Shown here piece after piece: positions 49,301-60,600 of a DNA stretch of 64,000 bases. The translations under genes were made by a program, and so were the position numbers. Numbering within the stretch: position 1 is the stretch's first letter; each line of letters opens with the position of its first letter. The stretch covers positions 558,001 through 622,000 of the forward strand of contig NC_047062.1 in NCBI RefSeq assembly GCF_902459465.1, written 5' to 3'. Below the pieces are notes generated by a model. The model saw nothing but the letters and a program-made list of their open reading frames with translations. It ran no database searches and was not told the origin of the DNA. This DNA comes from Asterias rubens (taxonomy: Eukaryota).

Positions 49301-50470
49301 CAGTATTGTGGTTTGTGGTTAGGTATTTGTGGTAGCATCAGGTCCAGAGATTGTTGTTTGTAGTGACAGTCACTACAGTGATACTAGTTGTAGTGTTAGA
49401 GACAGTATCAGTGACAGGTAGTGACAGTTGTAGTTTACTCACGGTGATACATGACTGTTTCTTCCCCATCTTCATCAGTGTCTGTGTGCTTGTTCAGGAT
49501 TTTGATAACTTGCCTGCTATGACAACTTGCACATTCCTGGAAATTGAAAAGGTAAGACCCATTTTCCAAGCAGACACTTCCCTGATTAAAAAGAAAACAA
49601 GAAATTTGATACAAAAAATCATAGTTTTAGGGTTAGTCATAAAATAGGCTAGGTCATACCGCCGATCTTGGCTACACAAGTTTTGTGACAAACTAATAAT
49701 TTCTGTGCTCATGTTTGGGTTTGATGAAGTGTTGAAAATCATGCAAAATTTCACACCACTCCCCAGGTTACCCCACATCAGTGTGATTGAACTCTTCTTG
49801 GCAAAACTATGAACTCCTATTGCTGCAGTCATAAGGTTTATCGCGAATAGCAAAATATCAAGAGAGGGCGCTGTTGAACCCACACAAAGATTTATAGGCG
49901 ATGCGTGCGCGAGTTGTGCATGACAACATACACCGCCTAGCAAACTGCCCCATCTGCCTACCCACAATGCATTGCGGTTCTGAATCGCGATAAACCTTAT
50001 TTATGATATAGTATTCCGCAGAACAAAAAACTCAATGAAGAGCACCATCACATTCCTCGAAAGGTTGTTGGTTCAAATCCCACTGCAGTCAATTTGTCTT
50101 TTGTTCGACAACCACAAATCATTTTTATTTTTGTGGTGTGATTTTTTGTGCGGTTCATTTTATTTGATCAGATTTATTTATAAATTAGATTAGACTATTA
50201 GAGACTAGTTATTTTATTTTGGAAAAGTTTCCGTATGGCGCCACCACTTTTTCATTCGAAATAAAATAATATAGTATCTAATATACCTGATTGATATATC
50301 CCTTTTTGTCAAAATGAGTGAAAAAGTGGTGGCGCCATACGGAAAGTTATCCTTTATTTTTAATATATAAATGTTTCAAAAGATCAAAATTGATTACTGG
50401 AGTGCATAATGACAAATCTGAGCAAACTTACCCTGTCTGGACACTTCACTTTCACACATCCAACACACAT
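46373..50470 (-). CDS. CHURC1: Churchill zinc-binding protein, 113 aa
   Basis: Minus exons 50470-50432, 49581-49443, 48785-48715, 46465-46373 give MCVGCVKVKCPDRGSVCLENGSYLFNFQECASCHSRQVIKILNKHTDTDEDGEETVMYHHVCAVCEHLIAEHQYEFRIDGEYQEYSMVCILCGSAQDTRSILPDDPGKQMHLF*, with the conserved Churchill Cys/His pattern. Confidence 0.97.
46493..47386. mobile_element. TTAA-flanked MITE (Kolobok-like) with a nested LINE-like 3' tail (~46660-47170)
   Basis: TTAA|AAGCAGTGGACACTATTGGTAATT ... AATTACCAATAGTGTCTACTGCCT|TTAA, interrupted relative to the 43436 copy. Confidence 0.8.
47462..47847. mobile_element. Near-palindromic TTAA-flanked MITE (Kolobok-like)
   Basis: TTAA|AGGAACACGTTGCTTTGGATCGG ... CCAATCCAAAGCAACGTGTTCCT|TTAA. 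The arms pair almost to the centre. Confidence 0.88.
48055..48740 (-). repeat. 62-bp tandem x11 of CHURC1 exon 3 end plus donor
   Basis: Minus unit TTTAGAATAGATGGTGAATACCAG|GTAAGCATATTAGCCTCATGAATGGGTGTACAATCCAG. Donors from 48713 (native) down to 48092. Confidence 0.95.
48838..49045. repeat. 14-bp minisatellite (AGATTTGGTACCCT), ~14 copies
   Basis: Direct reading; lies in CHURC1 intron 2 near the exon 3 acceptor. Confidence 0.95.
49831..50000. mobile_element. Short MITE
   Basis: TIR ATAAGGTTTATCGCGA ... TCGCGATAAACCTTAT. Confidence 0.7.
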
Positions 50471-52485
50471 CTTGCTTTGTACTTAATTCACTTGCGGTAA
50501 ACCTTGTAACCTTTGCACGTTTATCAGTTGAGTTAGTTCATTATTTACTGCCCGCACATTGTTTTGAAATGGCGCCACCATGTGGTCATTTATGGCCAAC
50601 CTTATTTACAACCACTACCATTACATTGTAGTACAGAGCGCTACCGTGATAACACATTTTTAAAGCCTTTTTAGACTAAAGACGCATGAATAAAGGCCCT
50701 AAACTTCCTGCTGTGACGATTCAAACACAGCTCAACAGAAGTAATCGGGGAAAATTATGTTTTGGAGACGGCACTGCCTAACATTTAGCAACATTTGATG
50801 TGATGAAATGGGGGACAGTCACATCTCAAAACTTGTTCAGCTGGTATTTTAAATAACTATTGGATTTATGTGAAAAGTACGACATCGACACAAAATGTAG
50901 AATTTCCCATAAAATATGACCAGTCTACATAGTATCCTGCCTAGTAGAAAAGCAAAAAAATGTACAAAGTCACACTTATTGTAAACAGAAGTGACAAGAG
51001 TTTGAAATAATAAACGCCAAGAATTGAGGTGCAACTTTGGTACATTACATTTCCCCCAGTGCAAAATTATCAACATGGTACATTAATTTGTCGTCTCCAA
51101 CTAAATTTTGTTTGTAAATTAAACTTAATTACTAATGTCAATTTACACTAGTTATGTACAGTCTGCCTCTTCTTTTACCCTTCTACATTTTTACAAAAAT
51201 GATTCCAGGGACAAGCTACAACAAAACAGTTGTTGAGTCCATTTAAAGTTTATAAAAGGAAATAGTTTATTCAACACCACTACACTAAATACTAACAATG
51301 AAATATACAGTAACACAAACTAAGACTGCTATAGCTACACCCCTCAAAAAACACAGACAATTCTACCAAGAAAACTAAGAAAGTCAAAATGTCACTTTGC
51401 ACACATAGTTAAAGCTGTGTCGTGAATTTTAAAGTCCTTATCTCATATCATTTTCAAAACAGGACACAATGTTTGCAGCAATTAAGTTAAATTTTTTTTA
51501 CTAGAAAAAACTGTTTGTCATTCCAATTATTACCCATGTCTGGGCAAAATGCAATTGAACAGAATCAAATGATCTCCAAAGCTTTACCGATATCCAAAAT
51601 GACTTACACACTAACTTTGCTTGCATTATCTGATACTGTAGAAGTATTTGCAAAATGAATGTCTAAGTTTAATTTAAAAAGTTGTCAAAGATTGAAAGTG
51701 CAAGTTTTTTTAATCAAGCAGAACTATTAGATTTACAGCACGCACCTGATTCTGTGGGTTGTACTAAAAGACTTGTTCAGTAAACTAAGATTTTAAAAAA
51801 GGGACAATAAAAATCCAGCATGATTCTGGTCAATAACCAGCTTATAGTTCTCCAAAACGATACAGAGACTGACTACGGATAACAAATAAATTGTTTTTAA
51901 ATACTGCAGAAAAGTAACATTTAGTTGGCTACCACTGGTTCTACAGAAATAAGACATAGGTTGAAGTGTAAAAAATTATGTACAAAAGTTATCTTACATT
52001 ACCACAACAAAGACTTCTTAAATCAATGGTTGAGCATCACATCAACTTGGGATACAAAGACTTTGTCAACGTATTGGCAAACCTTAAGAAAAACAAAATT
52101 ATCAATAGTCTAGGGGTCTAGGGTCATGACAAATTGAGAAATTTAGCTTTTGAATACAACTCCCTTAGGTGATTTACAAGGTTCGTTATTCATTTTAATA
52201 AATGCCAAGCTGAAATAGGTACTAAACAAAATAACCTGCTAAATACAAATAATCCAGGAAGCAGTAATGAATATGATCCATTCAAGGTCTTGAACAGGTA
52301 ACTCAATCCCGCTAAGCAAAATATTTCTGAATGCAATCAGTTTGTATACATGCTTACTGGCATTTTGTGAAACCAATGTTCAATACCAGAGTGAAATGGC
52401 CACCAGTTGTTAACATGGACACATATTGCGGTAAAAACGTCAAACAGGAAGAATTTTGTAGACAGGTAAGGACTGCGATCAACGT

Positions 52486-55400
52486 CTATCTGCTTGCCTG
52501 CTCCTTCAGCTGCTTGTAAATCTGTTCCTTAAAAAAGTCTTTGTTGTGCGGACGATACGATGTGGTCTTCCTATCAAATCTGCAATTACAAGAGAAGAAA
52601 CACAATCAATCTTAAGAAAATGAAAACCCTTGAAACATAAAGACTGAAGATGATAGAAAAGGGAACAGGATGGAAACGGGAGAAGGCTGAAGTGAAAGGT
52701 TGATTCAAATAAAATAAGCTGTGCTCTTTCAAATATAAAACAATATAAATTTGATGTTTGTGTTTTCTTTCCTTTTCCAAGGGTGACTGTTTTGTTTAAT
52801 GATAATGTTTAAAGTAAACAAAATAAAAATGCATTGTGAATACACTTACTTCAACAATGCCAAGTAACTGCAAACATGGCACAATTAAACACCTTTTCAT
52901 TAAATTATTGCATAAAATCACAACAAATAAACATAAACCAAAGTTGCTTTTGTCTAGAAGCAGCCTCTTTTTTGGGATTTCAAAGAAGTATTAAATTCGA
53001 ACTCATTAATATCTTAACTTGAGGCCTTGTATTCACCAGGAATAAAAACTATATCAACCATCAAGTACGATACCAAAATAAAAGTGCACCAACCAAAGCA
53101 AATAGTGGCGCATTGGATAATTAATAAACAAGTACAAACAAAAACATGCAAAACACATTTTGCACAAAAGTCTCGCATAAAACTAAAGCAAATTTGCCGA
53201 GGACAAAGGGAATGTGCAAACATGATGACTGATAACAAAACAAACACAAAAGCTGTTAGATATGGTTGATGGAAAAAACAAATTACAGCAAATAAAACAG
53301 ACTGTGGCCACTAACAAAATGATTTTGAAATGAAAGCCCACAAAAGCTAAAGACTTGTGATTCATATTCATGCATCAAGTGATATTCGAGATGAAAAATA
53401 ATGGGCGTAATGTTTTGATTTGCCATGCCACACACAGTGCATTATTGAGCAGTTCCCCTTAAGTTGATTCTAACCCTCACCCGTTTCATGATCATTTGAG
53501 GGCCTGCCTCCGCAATAGAACATAGATCTTCTCTTTGACCCAGTCTTTGTTGCAAGGAAGATACGTCATTGTCTTCTTATCCAACCTGCCGGAATGGGAA
53601 CAGCCAAATAGAGAAGTCACTAAAGTGAACACTTATTCCTCGTGGTTCAATACAAGCCACAGTCACATACATGTACATGTATCAACCACAAAATCAAAGA
53701 TTTGGGTCTTCATTTTATGAAAGATGTTATGAAAACGATGCTTTCCCACAAAACAGAAACAAATTAAAATAGATAAATTTATATCGATATGCATGGGGGG
53801 AAAACGAATGCTAAAAAAATAAAAAATAAATAAAAGGCCCTGTAACATAACGATGCTTCATGCTATGCTTGAATTCAATAAAAAAAACTTGAAGTTTTTG
53901 GTTTGTAGAAAACATTAGTTCGTCTGTGAGTAAATTTGGTGTAATAGTCTGTGGAACTTGATGGGTTAATGTGCATAGGATAAATGACTTGAGAGTAACA
54001 GCCAGGAGTTAGTAAAATGCATGAAATGGAGTCTGATATGCGGTTATTTTTCAGCAGAATGGCTCTTTATAGTTTTTTTATGTAAGGTGTCAATATTTGG
54101 TGCGATGTCAATTTAAAAAAATTGCTCATCTACAATGAAAGTTTTTATAGTAAATACTAAAATTTTGCATATCAAAAAATATGTATATATGTATATAAAA
54201 AAAATAAGTAAATGGAAGCTGATTCTGATTGGCTCTGGTAAATATAATTTATGGAAATATTCAGAAATAATATAAATATTCTCAGGCCTGTATGCTTCGT
54301 TTTTGAAAGGGCAAGGGCACCAAGGCATTTTCTCTTTAAGAAAGGGCACCCTATGAGGAAATTGTAAATTTCTACTTGAGCATTTCAAGGGCACCAAGGC
54401 AATGGCAAGGGGCAATGGAGGCAATCGCCTTCGTTGCCTCCGTGAAGTATCAGGCCTGTACAGGGCTGTATGCTTCGTTTTTGAAAGGGCAAGGGCACCA
54501 AGGCATTTTCTTCTTGGTAAAGGGCACCCTATGATGAAATTGCAAATTTGTACTGGAGCATTTCAAGGGCACCAAGGCAATGACCAGGGGACACGGAGGC
54601 AATCGCCTTCGTTGCCTCCGTGAAGTATCAGGCCTGCATAATTCTTTTAACAGAAGATAACAGGTCATCATTATGATCATATCAATGACAAATGAGGTTC
54701 GCAAAGATAATGTTACAACAATGTTATTATGGATAGCTAATATTATGAATGAGTTTGTGAATAAGTTAATTATGTAACAACTGTTAAGAAAGACTCTAGT
54801 GTGTGCATCTGGTTTTACAGAAGGAATTTTTTTAAATGATTGCATGTATTTTGACGGGTCGCTTCAGGAACATTAAAGATTATCCACAACCAAGTTAACA
54901 GCCCAACATACCAGCAGTAATAGAAAACAAAAGAATCAATTGATGAATTAAAGCTTTGCTGGGAGAGGGGGGGGGGGGGAGGATGTGAAACAGAGGATGG
55001 TGGGAACGAGTGTTCAATCCGTTATGTGAAGAATAACTTGTAAATATATTAATGACAAGTTAACAGAATAATAGAGGACTTTAAGTCTTGAATCAAAGTA
55101 AATCTTAGCTACAAGTAGACTGCAGATCCACATGTACATGTACATGTACATGTATCTCAAAATGTTGTCAAGACCATAGCTAGGGGCCTATTGTTTTCTT
55201 ATTTCCTAATTGCTATACTTGTAGTAGGAGGTTCATACACAGTATTAAAACTGTAAAAGCAGGTGAGAGATGGGTAGGTCTGAGGTCAGAGGTCGGAGGT
55301 GGGGCTATACTCACACTAGAGAGGTGTGTATTTCAAGTCATCAATGAATGAATTGGAATAGACAAGACGATCAATGCCACAGGTGAAAGAGGGTGGATGG

Positions 55401-56992
55401 TGGGAGGTTGGGCCAGGGGGAGGGGGCGGGGTTGGCTATACATACTTACACTAGAAAGCTAAAATCTTTCAGGTCATCAATAAATTGAGACAGATGACCC
55501 ATGTCACATGTGGTGGAGGGTGTGAGGGTGGGGCCCAGGGGAGAGGGGGACCGTAATTACACCACACAGCTAAGATCTTTCAAGTCATCAATGAATTAGA
55601 CCATAATATTGAAGGGTGCATGGGTGGGAGGTGGGGCCTGGAAGGTTGTGGGGGGGATATACTTACACAAGACAGCTGAGATCCTTCAAATCATCGATGA
55701 ATTGAAACAGATGACCAATGTCATAGGTGATTGAGGGACTGTTGGGGTTACATCTCTTCAGATGCTCTTCATAAATCTTGCAAACTCCTGAAACAAAATT
55801 TGATAAATTAAGAGTTTGTTTTTAAAACTTTCATTAAAGGATTTAATTGTTGTATGCTTTACCTCAAACAGGACAAAGCAACGATAGTTATTGGTCAAGA
55901 AATTTTCATCAAACAGGTTAACCAAAAGGTGAGGCTGATGCCCTAGAGTAGATTGTTTTGCAAAAGTAATGAAGTCAGATTTTTTTTTTGCGATAACCGT
56001 AACCCTTCATCCTCCTGACTGTCGCAGGATTGAGGTTACGATTAACGGAACTACTTATTCAGCTTCTCAGTCCTCACCTTCCATGCAATCTTTCACCGAG
56101 TCATAGTCAGAGTAGGTTCTTGTTTCTGCTGGGCCTGGCTGGATAAGGAGAATAGTGTGTGCCTGAAGTGATAAACAAAGAAAGATTCAATGAATTAATA
56201 TAAAAGGTAGAACGGTAAAAAAAAACACCAAAATACAACTTTAAGAAAAAAATTGTTTTTCACAACTCGTCCATACCCCAACTTCTATGTTCACACTTTC
56301 ATTTCTTCCATGCTCCAACGAGCACTGTGTCATTGTAAGCTAAATCAGTCATATACATGGACCGTGCCAACCATTCTGAGTCAACTCAAAGATTTTTGTA
56401 CTCGGCAAAGCGATGTATACTTAATTTTATAAGAGCTGAGGCAGCTGAGCTGAGCTGCCTGAACCCGAGGATGAGGTACGGAATAAGCCATGATAAGCCA
56501 TTTTCTAATACTCCTAGAACTATGATGAGGAACGTTCGGCTAACGTCTCCCGTTAGGCGTTAATGCCTTGTAATGGAGACTATAGCCTAACGAACCTCAG
56601 TCATTAATTATAGTTATGAATATGTTGTGATGGATATTTTTCCGCATGGCGCCACCACTTTTTACCTCATATTTACAAAAAGGGATATCTCATTGAGGTA
56701 AATTAGATACTATATTATTTCATATCGAATTAAAAAGTGGTGGCGCCATATGGAAACTTTTCCGTACGTTATTTTTTACGAACTTAATACTAATTTTATT
56801 ATCCGTTAATTCTTACAATGTTGCAATGAAAATCAATCGGTTTCTAAATGAGTTTTTGCCAATGCAGAAAACAAATGAGAAAGCTTTCATTCACGGTCAG
56901 TTTCATTCACTATTCAGTTCAGTTTTTAATTGTTGTTTTTGCAAACGAGAATTGAGACAGAGAGCATTAAAATAAATCATCTTAATTACCAT
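52486..56992 (-). CDS. ERH: Enhancer of rudimentary homologue, 100 aa, divergent
   Basis: Minus exons 56992-56990 (ATG only), 56162-56078, 55787-55667, 52579-52486 give [100 protein letters not shown]. Confidence 0.96.
54282..54637. mobile_element. Tandemly duplicated ~180-bp CAGGCCTG-ended element (hAT-like MITE)
   Basis: TCAGGCCTG..TATGCTTCGTTTTTGAAAGGGCAAGGGCACC...GCCTCCGTGAAGTATCAGGCCTG occurs twice. Confidence 0.65.
55300..55790 (-). repeat. Old diverged tandem duplications of ERH exon 3 end plus donor (3 decoys)
   Basis: Minus copies read [17 protein letters not shown]|gtaagt (55449), [12 protein letters not shown]|gtaatt (55560) and a more decayed FIDDLK..V|gtgagt (55314). The native reads [17 protein letters not shown]|gtaagt (55666). 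Confidence 0.85.
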
Positions 56993-57379
56993 CTTGACTT
57001 GCCCCAACAGATGAAATCAATTCAGCCTTAGTTCTTTATTAAGAGCCTCTTCCAAACCACAAAAACTGCTTCCAAAATTTTCACTTCGAGGGTTCTAGGT
57101 AGCTAGATGAGGCGAAGCATGCGATCGAGCGAGTAGTAGTACTAGATAGAGAGAGTTTGGGACGTGGAAAATGGTTTATTGAACAACGCCACCAACGTTG
57201 GGCTTCTTGTAAGTGTATTGATAGTTGACGGCTGTTTCATCATTACTGAAAAAGGAAAAACAAAAACACTAAACTGACTACAAATTTTCCTTTTACAAAA
57301 AAAACAGCTTAATCAATTTAAAACCGATTTCATACATAGATTCAAACTGTTTGTTCCCTATTTGATAACAAATTTGAAA

Positions 57380-57671
57380 GGAGGAACCTGTATCCGTTAA
57401 TGAAACTTTTCGTAATAGTATTATTAAGATTACTGGATTATAGTCTCGCACCTAGAACTACACCACATATTCCATATTCCAGGTTTCACACTGCTGGGTT
57501 ATCAGACTATTTTGCAAAAACACTGAAAACTGATTGAGTACACGTTGACAGCGCACGGACCCACACGTACATTGGTAAATGTTGGAGCGCAGTGCCAGTA
57601 GTACGTTTTTCTCCCGTCAAATCAGCTTGGTTACTAATTATTTTTCACGAATTTGATTCCAATATTTGAAG
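57380..57671. promoter_or_regulatory. Probable bidirectional promoter region between ERH and SLC39A9
   Basis: Start codons diverge 680 bp apart (56992 and 57672), with a locally CpG-richer stretch at 57540-57620. Exact TSSs cannot be determined. Confidence 0.6.
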
Positions 57672-60600
57672 ATGGAGGATGCGTGGGGAATACTGGCCCT
57701 TTCTTTGGCCATGTTAGTTGGGTGTTTTGTTGCAGGAACAATACCACTCACGGTCCCCCTTTCAGAGGCAAGTAACATTTATAACATATCTTTTTGTATT
57801 GCTCTTGCTCAAAGTCAAGTTGCTCAATTTTGATAAAATATAATACAACTGTATTTGGACTTTTTTGTTTGATGAAGGCCTTTTTAAAAAATCTGTATTT
57901 ATATTACTCTTTGGGGAACCTGTCCGTATCCTGCCACCACTTTTTCACTCATTTCTACAAAAAGAAATATGTTGTTTGATTTTTTCGAGTAAATTTATAT
58001 TTTTATAGATTAGTTAGGCTACTTATTTTAATATATATTTTGATACAAGGCCCTAACTATTTTATTTCTGTCTTTTGACATGGATTTTAAATTGTTTTAT
58101 TATGTCCTTTTCCCGTCGTAACTTCTTGCCCTGTGTTATATAACGCCCAAATTTCCTCCCCCCACGCAGGTTTTTGTGTGTAACATTGTTGTGTTTTCAC
58201 TAAAAATCTGGGTTTTTTTTCAGTGCACATTTCCTTTTTTGTACAAATGCTGTTTTCCTTCCCCAGCCCAGCCCAGTTTATTTCTGACTTAATTAGCTTG
58301 CATTTCTATTGTTTTTCTCTACAGGATTGTTTCTGTTTGGTTTCCTTTTTTGACCATGTTTAACCAAAGTAGTTTTGATATTGAATCCTCCTCTCGAAGG
58401 CCGAGCTGAGGGTTGCATTATCGCCAAATAACCAAAGTTGAGTTCGCTTGTTTCAGGAACTTACAAAACTTTAAGAGAAAGCACTTTTTGGTATCATCTA
58501 GACACGTTCCGGGGACTGCGAGGGTCAAAGACCCGAGCTACAAATAACTTTATTCAAAAAAGCTGCCGGGTTGATCGATTGGGAGTGACAACCATTTCGC
58601 CCATAAGTCAACCCTTTTACAAATCAAACACACACAAAAAGGATCCAGGCTATAATGTAGCTCCTCCTCCTGCATCCACAAAGTGTATCTCGTGTACCTA
58701 TAGAGGACCAGGTTTAAAATTTTGAGTCAAAAAATTGCAAAAGTTTGTTTTATTGTAGATTCTTGTTAAGTGGGTAGTTATTGATGACATATCCAAAATG
58801 GGACAAGAGTTTCAACCCAGAAATGACCGAATTTGCATATTTAAATTAGGTCGTAATTATCAAACTTTAAGGTCAATTATCTCTAAAACTATCAATTTTT
58901 AGGAAAAATGTAGTTTTAGAGGTGAATAGAAACATGACCTTGGGAATCTAAAAAACATTTGTATACTCAAATGACCCTTTCCCAAACAACTAGGTCAAAG
59001 GTCAAGGGGTCAAACATACGTAAAGTTGGTTTTCTCCACTCAAATTCATCATTACATGGCTTCCCATTACATTGAAATTAATAATAAATGAATTATTTGG
59101 GATGAATGATTCCACCCTGTCCCAAATGACCTCTATTGATAACATTCAATAAAATCAAAGAAATTAACAATCAAATTCATCCGACGGAATCGTGGTGCAA
59201 ATGCCTTCTTCTAGTCATTTCCCAAGCGAATAGGTGCAAATTGAACCCATTTATTTTACACAAACATCATGGTATCAATAATCCTCTGGGGCTGGATGGT
59301 TGTACATTTTCTCTGGTAGCAAGCAAAGTTTCACACTGCCCCCCCCCCCCCTCCCGATCATTAGGTTGCATTTCTACATTGCTGTTCCAAACTTGGGCCT
59401 TCAAGTATACCCTGTATGCGTGTTACTTTGAAGCATCATCTGTTGAGTGTGGTCATTGGATTGAGACACTCTTGTGACTCTTTGCCGCCATGTTGAGTGA
59501 CAAATCAAGGTTTATTCTGACATTGGCTGAAAGATTGACTGCAAAAAGGTTTGCACATTATTTTGGTTTCACGTTGCTGATGTGTTGATAATCTGTCGGT
59601 ATGTTTGTCCCTGTGTCCATGGCAAACGTTGAAGACCAGACATTTTGACACACTATTTGATGCGATGCCTGATGACGTCTTAGAGACAGTGATTCTTTTC
59701 AAATGGATTATGGCTTTCTAGGTACTCAAGAATGATTGCTGTCTTTGCCATATTTGATTTAGCTTGTTGCGTTGTTGTAGCTACTCAGCTTCTCCTGCCC
59801 TCCCCTTTTGTTGCCCCCAGTTGATGCCACCCCAGTTGCTGCCTCCCCTGTTGCGCTGCCTCCCCGGTTGTTGCGTCCCTAGTTGTCAACTCCACTTTTG
59901 TTGCCTACCGTTTTGCTGCCTTCCATTTGCTGCCACCCCCATTGCTTCCATCGTTGTTGCCTCCCCAGTTGTTGCTTCTTAAGTTGTTGCCTCCTCGGTT
60001 GTTGCATCCGATGTTGTTGCCTCCCCAGTTGTTGCCTCCCTTGTTGTTGCCTCCACAGTTGTTGCCTCCACAGTTGTTGCCGCCCTAGTTGTTGCCTCCA
60101 CTTTTGTTGCCTCCCCTTTTGCTGCATCCCAGTTGTTGCCTACCCAGTTGCCTCTTCCCTTGTTGCCTCCCGGATCCCCTGTTGTTGCCTCCCCAGTTGT
60201 TGCTTCCCCTGCTGTTGCATTTCTGGGTTGAAACTCTTGTCCCATTTTGGATATGTCATCAATAACCACCCAATAAACAAGAATCAACAATAAAACAAAC
60301 TTTTGCAATTTGTTTGACTCAACATGAATTTTTTTTTCTAAATCTGGTCCTCTACTAGGGGGGTGTCATAATTATAATTTCTAGCAATATTCATATTTTT
60401 GATTTGTTTACATGTAACCTACCAACAACCAAGGAAGACTTCTTCTTTTTCTTTGGTTTTTGTGCCAAAGGACATTTAAAATACTACAACTATTTATGTT
60501 CAAGGCAGTTAAATTATCTTTTTCAGTAAAATTACAAATTGCATATATTCATTTTATACAAATTACATTTGCTTTAAATATTGAACTGTTTGAAACATTT

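Noticed and set aside
56005-56610. Hairpins in ERH introns (56008-56040, 56525-56600) as snoRNA or SECIS
   Set aside because: Real stems, but no correctly placed C/D or H/ACA boxes on the transcribed strand and no SECIS geometry.
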